Source: Vicinamibacteria bacterium
GTDB lineage: Bacteria; Acidobacteriota; Vicinamibacteria; Marinacidobacterales; Marinacidobacteraceae
Direction of reading: 5' to 3'
Length of the DNA stretch: 64,000 bases
Assembly: GCA_963555995.3 (NCBI GenBank)
Contig: OY821641.1
Location: 2,688,001-2,752,000, forward strand
A program made the position numbers and the translations under genes. The number at the start of each line of letters is the position of its first letter. Position 1 is the stretch's first letter. Under the pieces are notes generated by a model. That model saw nothing but the letters and a program-made list of their open reading frames with translations, did no database searches and was not told the DNA's origin. Of the stretch, positions 1 through 11,315 are shown piece by piece.

Positions 1-166
1 GGAAGCCGCGGCGGAGTTCCCGGTGGTGGTCGAGCCGGGCGAAGGGCGTCCGGCCGTCGTCGCCCACCGTCTCGAACGGGAACCGCAACCGCCGCGCCGC
101 CTCGCCGGGCGTCACGTCACCCGCCGCGACGCCGTCCAGCAGGCGGCGCAGGCTTTCGTCGTTCAT
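1..166 (-). CDS. larB: Nickel-pincer cofactor biosynthesis protein LarB (AIR-carboxylase-like), N-terminal part; runs off window
   Basis: Manual translation from ATG at 166: MNDESLRRLLDGVAAGDVTPGEAARRLRFPFETVGDDGRTPFARLDHHRELRRGF, matching the LarB N-terminal FA(K/R)xDHHRxLRxGFPE motif. Confidence 0.75.
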   Translation of the reverse strand, partial: MNDESLRRLLDGVAAGDVTPGEAARRLRFPFETVGDDGRTPFARLDHHRELRRGF

Positions 167-187
167 CGCGCGGAGTATGCTCGACTG

Positions 188-1972
188 ATGGCCAGCCGGG
201 AGGCGTTCCGGGAGCAGGTCCGGGAGTCGAACGACATCGTCGAGGTGGTCGGTGAGGCGGTCGCGCTGCGTCCCGCGGGACCCGGCCGCTTCACGGGGCT
301 CTGCCCGTTCCACAATGAGACCGCCCCCTCCTTCCAGGTCAACGCCGAGCGGGGCTTCTTTCACTGCTTCGGCTGCAAGGAGAGCGGGGACGTATTCGGC
401 TTCCTGATGAAGCGCGAGGGGCTGTCGTTCGTGGAAGCCCTCCATCAACTGGCGCGGCGCGCCGGAATCCCGATCCCCGAGACCGACCCGAAGCGGTTCT
501 CCCGCGACGAAAAGCTCCGGGCCGCCAACCGGAAGGCGCTCGACTACTACCAGCGGGCGCTGCGGAGCGAAGCCGGCCAGCGGGCGCGGACCTATCTCAG
601 GAAACGCGGCCTCGACGGGGAGACCATCACCGAGCACGGCCTCGGGTTCGCCCCGGACCGCTGGGACGACCTCACGACCACCCTCGAGAAGTCCGGCATC
701 GCGCGGGCCACCCTGGTCGAAGCGGGCCTCGCCCGCGAGGCGAAGCGCGGCGGGCACCACGACTTCTTCCGGAACCGCCTGATCGTGCCCATCTTCGACG
801 GCCAGGGGCGCGCGGCCGGCTTTGCGGGCCGGAGCCTCGACGGGTCCGAACCGAAGTACATCAACAGCCCCGACAGCCCCATCTACCGGAAGCGCTCCGT
901 CCTCTACGGACTGCACCGGGCGCGGAGCACCATCCGCCGGGAGCGCTCCGCCATCCTGTTCGAGGGGTACTTCGACTGCCTCTCGGCGTGGCAGGCGGGG
1001 ATCGGCGGCGCCGTCGCCGTCTGCGGCACGGCGCTCACGCCCGATCACGCGAAGCTCCTCTCCGCCCAGACCCGCGACATCGTCCTCGCCTTCGACGCCG
1101 ACGCCGGAGGCCGGCGCGCCACCCTGGCGAGCCTCCCGATCCTGCTGGAAGCCCAGCTCCGGGTGCGGGTGGCCCCCCTCTCCGGGGGCCGCGACCCCGA
1201 CGACATCATTCGCGAGGACGGCGCGGACGCCTTTCGGGAGGCGCTCCGGAAGGCGCCGGCGTTCGTGGAGTTCCTCGTCGAGGAGGCCCGGGAGCGGGCC
1301 CGCTCCCGGGCGGGGCGCGTGGCCGCGGTCCAGGAAGTACTCGAAATCATCGCCAGCGCCCCGAACCGCCTGGACCGCGAGGAATGGCTCACCGAGGCCG
1401 CCGGCTCGCTCGGCTTCTCGCTGGAAAGCGCCTGGCAGGAGATGGCGCGGCTCGAGAGCCGGCCCACCCGGGGGAGACCACTGCAAGAGAGCGACGGGGC
1501 CGACGAGGGCTCCACCCCCGCCGGGCCGCGGCCCTCACCGACCCCGGCCGAACGCGACCTGATCCGCTGGGCGGATGCCAAACCCGACAGGGCAGCCACG
1601 GTCCTCGAAGGGGCGGAGACCAAGGACCTCGAGGGGTTCGCCAGTTCGGACCTGCTGCTCGACCTGAAGCAGGCCGCCGCGGGCGGTGGCCCTCGGCTCG
1701 CGGACCGGATACAGGAGTTGCTCGCCGGCGAACCTACCGGCGGGCAGCAGCTCCTGATCGAGGTCCTGGAGCACCCGGTGAGTCTCAACACGGAGAAGCA
1801 GAGTCCCGAGGACTGCCTCGACGCACTGAGGGAGCCGAGGCTGCGCGACCGGCAAGCGACGCTCCGTGGCGTGGTCCGCACCGGTGGCGACGAGGCGACC
1901 GAGGCCCTCGCGGAACTGCAGCGGATCAACGAGGAGATTGACCGGCTGCGGCGTGGCCGATCCACACCCTGA
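188..1972 (+). CDS. dnaG: DNA primase
   Basis: CHC2 zinc finger (CPFHNE...CFGC), PKYINSP, TOPRIM EGYFD and FDADAGG; start refined to ATG 188 (MASREAF); directly upstream of rpoD. Confidence 0.97.
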   Translation: MASREAFREQVRESNDIVEVVGEAVALRPAGPGRFTGLCPFHNETAPSFQVNAERGFFHCFGCKESGDVFGFLMKREGLSFVEALHQLARRAGIPIPETDPKRFSRDEKLRAANRKALDYYQRALRSEAGQRARTYLRKRGLDGETITEHGLGFAPDRWDDLTTTLEKSGIARATLVEAGLAREAKRGGHHDFFRNRLIVPIFDGQGRAAGFAGRSLDGSEPKYINSPDSPIYRKRSVLYGLHRARSTIRRERSAILFEGYFDCLSAWQAGIGGAVAVCGTALTPDHAKLLSAQTRDIVLAFDADAGGRRATLASLPILLEAQLRVRVAPLSGGRDPDDIIREDGADAFREALRKAPAFVEFLVEEARERARSRAGRVAAVQEVLEIIASAPNRLDREEWLTEAAGSLGFSLESAWQEMARLESRPTRGRPLQESDGADEGSTPAGPRPSPTPAERDLIRWADAKPDRAATVLEGAETKDLEGFASSDLLLDLKQAAAGGGPRLADRIQELLAGEPTGGQQLLIEVLEHPVSLNTEKQSPEDCLDALREPRLRDRQATLRGVVRTGGDEATEALAELQRINEEIDRLRRGRSTP

Positions 1973-2295
1973 CCACGGCGCGTGACGTTCGACCCGGCTT
2001 TGGCGCCGGGCGGTACCGGGTTTGTACATGCTAGAGTGCCCGGTTGCTGTTTGGCGTTGCCTGGCCGGCGAATCGAACGGGCTGGACGCCGGACCGATCC
2101 GAACTTGCCCGCCTCTGCTGTCCGTTCCCGCCGGGAATTGCCTTTTTGGAGAGTTTGCGGAATCCGTCTGTACCCGGGCGCGGCAAACCGAATGAGCCAG
2201 CCGGCGAACACCCGTTCGCCGGCTGAACCTGTTCCCGGCGCGGAGCCGGGATTTCGGAAAGTCCGTTAGGGACCGCCCTGCCCGGAGGACCAACC

Positions 2296-4047
<1,752 letters not shown>

Positions 4048-4073
4048 GCGGCGCCGGGTCCTTCCGATCGGCC

Positions 4074-4146
4074 GGGCCCATAGCTCAGTGGTCAGAGCGG
4101 CCGGCTCATAACCGGTTGGTCCCAGGTTCAAATCCTGGTGGGCCCA
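4074..4146 (+). tRNA. tRNA with CAU anticodon, most likely tRNA-Ile2 (lysidine-modified); CCA not fully encoded
   Basis: GGGCCCA acceptor stem pairs with TGGGCCC; D-arm TAGCTCAGTGGTCAGAGC; anticodon loop CTCATAA; T-arm GGTTCAAATCC. Ile2 rather than Met is inferred from sequence style and position after rpoD. Confidence 0.9.
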
Positions 4147-4233
4147 CCGGCCGGAGTTTCAACACGGTGTGTGGGCGATTCCTCCGCCCGCCCCGGGTTG
4201 CCCGCAGCGCACCCCCTCCGGGAGTCTGAGGCG

Positions 4234-4959
4234 ATGCTTCCCGAGCTGGCGACGCTCCGGGAAGTTCAGGGCTTCGATATACGGCTCGCGGGCTGCGACC
4301 GCGAACTCGCGCGGGTGCCGGGCGTCCTCGACGGCATTGATGCGGAGATCGAGACGGCGAAGTCCCACGTCCATGCGGTGGAGGAGGAGCTGCGCCGGAC
4401 CGGCGCCGAACGCCGCCACGCCGAGACCGAACTCGAAGAGGCCGAGGCGAGCGTGGAGAAGTACGGGGACCAGTTGCTCGGGGCGCGCACCAACGAGGAA
4501 TACAAGGGACTCCAGCAGCAGATCGCCAGCACCAGGACGCGGATCGGGACGATCGAGGACCGGATCCTGGTCCTGATGGAAAAGGCCGACGAGCTGGAAG
4601 AAAAGCTCGCCGACCGCAAGCGGACGTTCGCCGAACGCAGCGCGGTGCTGGAAGCGCGGAAGACCGAGATCCGGACGAAGGCCCGCGAGCAGGAAGCGAA
4701 GCGCGATCAGCTCCGGAAGCGCCGGTCGGCTTCCTTCGCCGGGCTCTCCGAAGAGATCGCGGCCCGCTACGAGCGGATCCGCGGGGCTCGCCGCGGGATT
4801 GCCGTGGCCCCCGTGCGGGACGAGCGTTGCTCCGCGTGCAACGTGCGCCTCCGGCCCCAACTCCTCGAGGAAATCCACGTAGGACAGGCGATCCTGGCCT
4901 GCGAAACCTGCGCCCGCATCCTCTTCTTCGAAGCGGAACCGGCGGCGAAATCGGCATGA
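4234..4959 (+). CDS. Coiled-coil C4 zinc-ribbon protein (DUF164/CT398-like)
   Basis: Long coiled coil followed by YERIR...AVAPV...CSACNV...CETCARILF; usual neighbour of rpoD/tRNA. Confidence 0.88.
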   Translation: MLPELATLREVQGFDIRLAGCDRELARVPGVLDGIDAEIETAKSHVHAVEEELRRTGAERRHAETELEEAEASVEKYGDQLLGARTNEEYKGLQQQIASTRTRIGTIEDRILVLMEKADELEEKLADRKRTFAERSAVLEARKTEIRTKAREQEAKRDQLRKRRSASFAGLSEEIAARYERIRGARRGIAVAPVRDERCSACNVRLRPQLLEEIHVGQAILACETCARILFFEAEPAAKSA

Positions 4960-6641
4960 GCCGGTTCCTCAGGGAGCGGGCCGAGCGACGGCGCGCTCGG
5001 GAGACCTGGCTCGACGGGCCGGATACCGGCTTCCCGATTCCCTCCGCGCCGGGCGCGGCGGGGCTCCGGATCGCCGTCGGCTACCCGAACCGCTACGCGC
5101 TCGGGATGTCCAACGTCGGCTTCCAGGCGGTGCACCGCTTCTTCCACCTCCTGCCCGACACGGCGAGCGAGCGGTTCTTCCTTCCCGACCGGGCCGAGCT
5201 GGACGAGTACCGGAGGACCGGGCTCCCCCTGCGCACGCTCGAGAGCGGGAGCCCGGTGCGCGGCTTCGACGTGGTGGCGTTCTCGATCACCTTCGAGCCC
5301 GACGTGGTCCACCTCGTCGAGATGCTCCAGCTCGCCGGGATCCCGCCGCTCGCGGAAGACCGGACCGCCCGGGACCCGCTGGTGATCGCCGGCGGCCCGG
5401 TCACCTTCCTGAACCCGGAGCCGCTCGCCCCCTTCGTGGACGCCTTCGGCGTGGGCGAAGCGGAGGCGCTCCTTCCGGCCCTGACCGAGGTGCTGCAGGC
5501 GGAGACCCGCGGCGCGCGCCTCCGAGGACTCTCAGAGGAGTCCGGGTTCTACGTGCCCGCCACCCACGAGGTCGAATACGCGCCGGACGGCCAGGTGCTC
5601 CGCCGCCGCATCCACGGCGGACATCCGGTGGTGCGGGCCCGGATGGGCAAGGACGCCCGGTTCCCGCCTCCGGCCACCTACATCCTCACCCGCGACACCG
5701 AGATGTCGGACAAGTTCCTGGTCGAGGTGTCGCGCGGCTGTCCGACGCTCTGCCGCTTCTGCTGGGCCGGCTACAACTACCTGCCGAAGCGGTCCTTCGA
5801 GGTGGAGCGGCTGCTGGCGCTCGCCCGCGCCGCCCGCCCCCACACCGACCGCATCGGGCTGGTCTCGACCGCGGTGGGCGCGCACCGGGAGATCGTCCCG
5901 CTGGTCTCGGACCTCCGCGACCAGGGGTTCCGGGTCAGCGTCTCGTCCATCCGCTTCGAGGACGTGCGGGACGAGTTCGCCCGGCCGCTCGCGGAGAGCG
6001 GCGAACGGACGGTCGCCATTGCCCCGGAGGTGGGGACCGACCGGCTGCGCAAGGCCATCCACAAGCGGGTGACCAACGACGAGATCCTCGACAAGACCGG
6101 GACGCTGCTCGAAGCGGGGGTCGAGAACCTGAAGCTCTACCTGATGGTGGGGCTGCCGGGGGAGACCGACACCGACGTGCAGGCCATCGTGCCCCTCGTC
6201 CGCCGCATCCGCGATCTGGTGCGGGCGAAGCGGCGCGGCGGCCGGACCATCGCGAGCGTCAACCCCTTCATCCCGAAACCGGGCACGCCGTTCCAGTGGC
6301 GGCCCATGGCGCCGCTGCCGGTCCTGACCTCCCGCATCCGCTATCTCCAGCGCGAACTGGGAGCGCTCTCCGGCGTCGAGGCGCACTGCAAATCCCCGCG
6401 CATGGAGCGGCTCCAGGCGCTGCTCGCGCTCGGCGACCGCCGCCTCGCCCCGGTCATCCTCGCGCTCGCCGAGGGCCGCGGCCTGAACCGGAGCCTCAAG
6501 GACGCCGGCCTCTCACTCGACGCCTACCTCTACCGCCAGCGGGACCTCGACGAGGAACTCCCCTGGAGCTTCCTCGACACCGGCATGAAGGACACCCTCC
6601 TCAAGGACCAACTCGCCAAAGCCGACCGCCTCGTCGCGTAA
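4956..6641 (+). CDS. Radical SAM protein (B12-binding-like N-terminus)
   Basis: YPNRYALGMSNVGFQ N-terminal motif and EVSRGCPTLCRFC CxxxCxxC; ATGA overlap with the previous gene. Confidence 0.9.
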   Translation: MSRFLRERAERRRARETWLDGPDTGFPIPSAPGAAGLRIAVGYPNRYALGMSNVGFQAVHRFFHLLPDTASERFFLPDRAELDEYRRTGLPLRTLESGSPVRGFDVVAFSITFEPDVVHLVEMLQLAGIPPLAEDRTARDPLVIAGGPVTFLNPEPLAPFVDAFGVGEAEALLPALTEVLQAETRGARLRGLSEESGFYVPATHEVEYAPDGQVLRRRIHGGHPVVRARMGKDARFPPPATYILTRDTEMSDKFLVEVSRGCPTLCRFCWAGYNYLPKRSFEVERLLALARAARPHTDRIGLVSTAVGAHREIVPLVSDLRDQGFRVSVSSIRFEDVRDEFARPLAESGERTVAIAPEVGTDRLRKAIHKRVTNDEILDKTGTLLEAGVENLKLYLMVGLPGETDTDVQAIVPLVRRIRDLVRAKRRGGRTIASVNPFIPKPGTPFQWRPMAPLPVLTSRIRYLQRELGALSGVEAHCKSPRMERLQALLALGDRRLAPVILALAEGRGLNRSLKDAGLSLDAYLYRQRDLDEELPWSFLDTGMKDTLLKDQLAKADRLVA

Positions 6642-6647
6642 CGGCCC

Positions 6648-6801
6648 GGAGCGCCGGCTTCAGCCGGCACAGCCCGCCGCAGGCGGGCGGCGGGACGGAC
6701 TCATTGGCCGGGATGGCTCCGCTGCGCGCGCCGATGCGCCCGGGTAACGACGAACCGCCCGCGGCCCTGCGGGCCGCGGTGCCGGCTGAAGCCGGCGTTC
6801 C
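6648..6801. repeat. Inverted pair of REP-like palindromes (REPIN-like)
   Basis: GGAGCGCCGGCTTCAGCCGGCAC ... GTGCCGGCTGAAGCCGGCGTTCC between convergent genes. Confidence 0.85.
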
Positions 6802-6837
6802 AAGCCGGCGGCGCGATCACGGCTGCTGGCCAACCCC

Positions 6838-7662
6838 TCACGACGGGTGGGATGCGTTCACACGGTCAGCGCTCCCCGCCACCACCACCGACCAGTTGCG
6901 CCCCACTCCGGGACCTTCCCGCCGGTAGGAGTGGAACGCCGGCTGGCACCGGGTGCAGAGCGCGATGTCCTCGATGGCGTCCTCCGGCAGGCCCGCCGCG
7001 ACGAGTTGGAGGCGGTTCGCGAGCGCCAGGTCGAGGTGGGGGCGTCCCGCAGCCCGGGGCCGGAGGGCAAACCGGTCCACGTCGTGTTCTTGCTCGCGGA
7101 ATGCGGACACCACTTCGGGACCCACCTCGAAACAGCAGGCGCGGATCGCGGGGCCGATGACGGCCCTGAGCCGCGAAGGGGGAGCACCGGTCTCGGCGGC
7201 CAGCGCGCGGGCGGCCGCTTCGACCACCCACAACAGGGTGCCGCGCCAGCCGGCGTGCGCCCCGGCCACCGCTCCGGAGACGGGGTCGGCGAGCAGCACC
7301 GGAACGCAGTCGGCGGCCTTGATCGCGACGGCGGTTCGGGGGATGCGGCTTACCAGGGCGTCAGCGGTGGCCGGGGCGTCCGGCCGCGCGACGCCGCGTA
7401 GCACCTGCACGTCGTTGCCGTGGACCTGCCGCAGAGCGTGGACGGCCCGAACTCCGGCGGCGCGTTCCAGCAGGTCCAGATCGGCTTCCATCGTGTCGCG
7501 GACGCCGAGTGGCCAGGCATTCGCTTGCCGGGTCCGGACCCGGCAAGTGAAGCCGTGGCGGGCCGGGAACCGGATGGAGGCGAGCACTTCGAGCGGTTCG
7601 GTGGGGCCGAGCGGCTGCCAGCGGAAGCCGTCGGGTGGATTGGGGAAGTGCAGGGAGGTCAA
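6838..7662 (-). CDS. pgeF: Peptidoglycan editing factor PgeF / YfiH laccase-domain protein
   Basis: QVHG, ADCVPVLL, HAGWRG, GPAIRACCFEVG, CTRC...SYRR; downstream of ftsZ; TTG start uncertain. Confidence 0.92.
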   Translation of the reverse strand: MTSLHFPNPPDGFRWQPLGPTEPLEVLASIRFPARHGFTCRVRTRQANAWPLGVRDTMEADLDLLERAAGVRAVHALRQVHGNDVQVLRGVARPDAPATADALVSRIPRTAVAIKAADCVPVLLADPVSGAVAGAHAGWRGTLLWVVEAAARALAAETGAPPSRLRAVIGPAIRACCFEVGPEVVSAFREQEHDVDRFALRPRAAGRPHLDLALANRLQLVAAGLPEDAIEDIALCTRCQPAFHSYRREGPGVGRNWSVVVAGSADRVNASHPS

Positions 7663-7814
7663 CGCTCGACGCCGTGTCCGCGGCCTTCTTCAGGCCGTCA
7701 GGGTGGGTAAGGCCGCGCCGTGCGGGCCGGTGCGAAGGCCCCCACCGGGCGAAACGCTCATGCGCGTGTGCTGCTGCGCATGGCGCGAGTCATGAAGAAC
7801 GGCGGAGACGGCTT

Positions 7815-7969
7815 GGAGCGCCGGCTTCAGCCGGCACCGCGGGCCGAGGCCCGCGGATGTCGTGCCGTTGTTCGCGGTGATGGACCGCGAGCCGAGCGTC
7901 ATCGGGCAGGTCAGCGGTGCGCCGTCCGCTGCGCTTCGCGCGCCGGGTGCCGGCTGAAGCCGGCGTTCC
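7815..7969. repeat. Inverted pair of REP-like palindromes
   Basis: Same terminal palindromes as 6648-6801 with a different interior and almost the same length. Confidence 0.85.
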
Positions 7970-8023
7970 AAGCCGGCGGCGTCCTCACGGCCCCTGGCGG
8001 TCCCGGCTGACGCGTCACACCTC

Positions 8024-9805
8024 CTAGTTGCGGCGGGTCAGGTAGGGGGGGGTTTCGAGGTCGCCCCAGCGGTCCTCGCCGACGTCCTCGGGAAGGGACA
8101 TCGGCTCGTCAATCACGGGCCGTGAGGCGGAGGCGAAGACGTCGGCGCGTTCCTGGTGGGTCTCGCTCCCGTTCCCCCTCGCTTCCATGCGGTTCGCGTC
8201 GGATTCCGCGATTGTCGGGAAGGTGTCCAGTTTCGGGATGGTTCGGCCGACCCGCCCGCCGGCCCGGTCGGCCGGTCCCGCCGTCCCGGAACGGGCCGCC
8301 GAAGGCATGACGTCCCGCTGGCCGAACGTGCCGGTCGCGCGGGTGGTGTAGTTCGCGAAATCGTTGGGGGTCGCGTTCGCGCGGTTCCGGTCCGGGAACC
8401 CGGTGGCGACCACCGTCACCTTGATCTGGCCGGTCGCGTCCATGCTCGGGTCGAGCGCCGTCCCGATCAGGATGTTGTCTCCCGGCTCGGGGTCCGCGGA
8501 TCCGTAGATCCCGGTTCCCTCGGGCGCCACGGCGTCCCGGACGACCTCGACGGCGCGCTGCACCTCGTTCAGCGTCAGGCTCTCGCCCCCCGTGACGTTG
8601 ACGACGATGCTCGTCGCGCCCTGAATCGAGGTGTCTTCGAGCAGCGGCGAAGAGATGGCCGCTTCCGTGGCCTCCTCGACGCGGTGCTCGCCCGAGGCCT
8701 GCCCGATGCCCATGACCGCGTCTCCGCGCAACCGCATGGCGGAGCGGACGTCGGCGAAGTCCAGGTTGATCTCCCCCGGGACCTGGATCAGGTCCGAGAT
8801 CCCCTGAACGGCCTGCCGCACCACGTCGTCCGCGCTTCGGAACGCGTCCCGGATCTTGAGGTTCCCGTACACCGCGACGACCCGGTCGTTCGGAACGCAG
8901 ATGAGGGTGTCCACGAACTCGCGGAGTTCGCGAATGCCGTCGTTGGCCGCCGTCATGCGCCGCTTGCCCTCGACGGTCATCGGTTTGGTCGCCACCGCGA
9001 TGCAGAGGGCCTTGATCTCCTGGGCCACGCAGGCGATCACCGGCGCCGCGCCGGTACCCGTGCCGCCTCCCTCACCCACGGTGATGAAGACCATGTCGGC
9101 GCCCGCCAGCACGTCAATGAGACGGTCCATGTCGTCGCGCGCCGCCAGCCGTCCCACTTCCGGATCGCCGCCGCAGCCGAGTCCACCGGTCCGCTCGGTT
9201 CCCAACTGGATCTTCACGGGCGCATTCGACAGATCGAGTACCTGCGCGTCGGTGTTCGCCGCGATGAAGTCAACGCCGGTCACCCCGGCCTCGATCATCC
9301 GGTTGACGGCGTTGCCGCCGCCGCCGCCGACGCCGATGACCTTGATGACGGCTCGTTTCTCCGTCACGTCGCTGGCCGCCCCGACCGGCGGCGGCGCCGT
9401 CACGGCGACCGGAGCGGAGGCAGCCGCGGGTTCCTGCATCCCGGCCGGCGGCTCCCCGGCGCCCGCTGCCGATGCCTCGGCCGCCGCTACCGGTTCCTCG
9501 GCCGCGGCTGCCGGTTCCTCGGCTGCCGCGGCTGTTGCCTCCGCGCTCGCCGCCGATTCCTCGGCGGCGGCCGGCGGCTCCGCCGGCTCGGAAACGGCGG
9601 CTTCCGGCGGCGCGGCCTCCGGGGCGCCGGACCTCGCCTCCGGGGCGGCATCCGCGCCGGCAAAGAGCGCGGGCTGCGCTACGGGGGCCGTTTCCGCTGC
9701 CGTTTCCGGCAGTGCGTCCTGGGACTCGGCGGCCTTTCCGGCTTCCGTGGGGCCGGCTTCGGGATCGCTGGCCTTGGGTGCTGGTTCTTCGGCGAAGAAG
9801 ATCAT
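8024..9805 (-). CDS. ftsZ: Cell division protein FtsZ with long acidic N-terminal extension
   Basis: IKVIGVGGGGGNAVNRM, GEGGGTGTGAAP, INLDFADV, C-terminal DLETPPYLTRRN; start ATG 9805 with GAGGAG RBS. Confidence 0.96.
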   Translation of the reverse strand: MIFFAEEPAPKASDPEAGPTEAGKAAESQDALPETAAETAPVAQPALFAGADAAPEARSGAPEAAPPEAAVSEPAEPPAAAEESAASAEATAAAAEEPAAAAEEPVAAAEASAAGAGEPPAGMQEPAAASAPVAVTAPPPVGAASDVTEKRAVIKVIGVGGGGGNAVNRMIEAGVTGVDFIAANTDAQVLDLSNAPVKIQLGTERTGGLGCGGDPEVGRLAARDDMDRLIDVLAGADMVFITVGEGGGTGTGAAPVIACVAQEIKALCIAVATKPMTVEGKRRMTAANDGIRELREFVDTLICVPNDRVVAVYGNLKIRDAFRSADDVVRQAVQGISDLIQVPGEINLDFADVRSAMRLRGDAVMGIGQASGEHRVEEATEAAISSPLLEDTSIQGATSIVVNVTGGESLTLNEVQRAVEVVRDAVAPEGTGIYGSADPEPGDNILIGTALDPSMDATGQIKVTVVATGFPDRNRANATPNDFANYTTRATGTFGQRDVMPSAARSGTAGPADRAGGRVGRTIPKLDTFPTIAESDANRMEARGNGSETHQERADVFASASRPVIDEPMSLPEDVGEDRWGDLETPPYLTRRN

Positions 9806-9832
9806 GAGTTCACTCCTCGGGGTGGGGGGTAA

Positions 9833-10011
9833 CAGCCTGTGGATAAAGTGACGTGAGCACCGAGAACGGCGAGGCGCCCGGCTGACAAGGCGCGTGAGGG
9901 AGGAATACCGAGCGTATTCCGACCGAAACGCAACGATGAGGGCCGCGTAGCGGCCTGGTTCAGCCGGGATGCATCGCCGTTCGAATGCCGCGTGACTTTG
10001 TTCACAGGCTG
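9833..10011 (+). mobile_element. 179-bp MITE, copy 1 (between ftsA and ftsZ)
   Basis: Termini CAGCCTGTGGATAAA...TTTGTTCACAGGCTG; shared core CTGACAAGGCGCG-GGAATAC/GTATTCC-GACCGAAACGCAAC. Confidence 0.88.
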
Positions 10012-10028
10012 TTGACAGGGCAAAGTGG

Positions 10029-11315
10029 TCATTGGGCTTTCCGGAGGTGACCGGCGACCCGCCGCAGACCGTCACCGATGGCGCGGCCCATTTCCGAGAG
10101 CGCGGAGCGGGATCTGGCCGCGGGGGTGCGCCGGCGGTGCAGGAGGCCGTAGCGGCAGAGGCCCATGGCGCAGGCGAAGTCCGGGCGCGTCGCCAGATCG
10201 CGCCGGCCGGTCAGGTCCTGGGGACCGCGACTCTCGGCGTAGGCGCCGAAGACCAGGCGCGCCACGTCGCTCAATCCGTCGAGGTTCGCTCCGCCTCCGG
10301 TGATCACCACGGCGCCGGGGATCTCCCGGAGCACGCGGCCCAACTGGTCGCGAATCCTGGTGAGATCGCTCTCCGCCCGCCGCTGCAGGACATCGGCGAG
10401 CAGTCGGCGGCGCCACTGCTTGGGGTAGCCGCCCCCCGAGACCTGGATTTCGAAGTAGTCGTCCTCGGGGACCTTTTCCACGAGCGCGACGCCGTAACGC
10501 CGCTTGGCCTGCTCGGCGTGGGCGTGGGAGGTCTTGAGGCCGAGCGCGAGGTCCCGCGTGTACGCCCGGCCGCCGCTCGGCATCAGGTCCGAATGCCGCA
10601 TCGCTCCCTGCCGGAACACCGCGATCTCGGTCGTCATGGCGCCGACGTCGAGCAGGACGACGCCGTCCTGCCGCTCCTCCCCGGTAAGGACGGCGTGGCC
10701 GGCGGCCAGCGGGGCGGCCACCAGGCGCTCGATGCGGATGCCGGCGCCGTTCACCGCCTCTTCGATGCGGTGCAGGGTGTCGCGGGGACAGCTCACCAGG
10801 TGGACGTGGGATTCGATCTTCTCGCCCGTCCAGCCCGTCGGGTTCTCGGTGGAATCGAGGTCGTCCACCCAGAACTCCTGGGGGAGCGCGTGCAGCAGCT
10901 CGTACGGGGGGCGGAGCCACGCCGTCCCGCCGTCCCTCGGCACCGCCGCCATGACGGCCCGGTAGACATCGGACTCGGCGATGCGGTGGTCCGGCGTCAG
11001 GATCGAGATCGCGCCGGACGAGTTGATGCTGCGGCGGGTGCGGCTGCCCACCGAGACGAAGGCCGACCCCACCTCCACGCCGGCGGTCTGCTCGACTTCC
11101 TCGACCGCCTGCCGGACCGCTTCCGTGACCCCTCCCAGCCGTACGACCTCGCCGTGCTGGACCGAATTCCGCGACTCCGCCTGTCCGACCGCGAGCACCT
11201 CGATCTCCATCCCCTCCTCCGTTCCGGAGAGAGCCTCGGGCCCGCGGGCGAGCACCGTGCGCACGTGATCGGATCCGATGTCAATGCCGCAGAGCAGATC
11301 CGCCGGCCTCGTCAT
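10029..11315 (-). CDS. ftsA: Cell division protein FtsA
   Basis: GIDIGS, LLDVGAMTTEIAVF, VITGGGANLDG actin-like ATPase motifs; dcw position. Confidence 0.95.
   Translation of the reverse strand: MTRPADLLCGIDIGSDHVRTVLARGPEALSGTEEGMEIEVLAVGQAESRNSVQHGEVVRLGGVTEAVRQAVEEVEQTAGVEVGSAFVSVGSRTRRSINSSGAISILTPDHRIAESDVYRAVMAAVPRDGGTAWLRPPYELLHALPQEFWVDDLDSTENPTGWTGEKIESHVHLVSCPRDTLHRIEEAVNGAGIRIERLVAAPLAAGHAVLTGEERQDGVVLLDVGAMTTEIAVFRQGAMRHSDLMPSGGRAYTRDLALGLKTSHAHAEQAKRRYGVALVEKVPEDDYFEIQVSGGGYPKQWRRRLLADVLQRRAESDLTRIRDQLGRVLREIPGAVVITGGGANLDGLSDVARLVFGAYAESRGPQDLTGRRDLATRPDFACAMGLCRYGLLHRRRTPAARSRSALSEMGRAIGDGLRRVAGHLRKAQ

Noticed and set aside
4074-4146. tRNA as an integration site
   Set aside because: No integrase, no duplicated tRNA 3' end seen, and downstream genes are core-like.
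9880-9935. Canonical hammerhead ribozyme in the MITE core (CTGAcaa...GAAAC)
   Set aside because: The core reads CUGACAA rather than CUGANGA (C3-G8 pair broken), CTGA is paired in the long stem, and copy 6 has GAAG.
9833-10011. 6S RNA or SRP RNA (similar size, rod shape)
   Set aside because: Multi-copy with IS-type TIRs and target duplications; no recognisable 6S or SRP motifs.
9806-10075. Longer N-termini for ftsZ (also cstA, the dienelactone hydrolase and the DUF4013 gene) from the ORF track
   Set aside because: These extensions are read-through of MITE sequence; better downstream starts exist.
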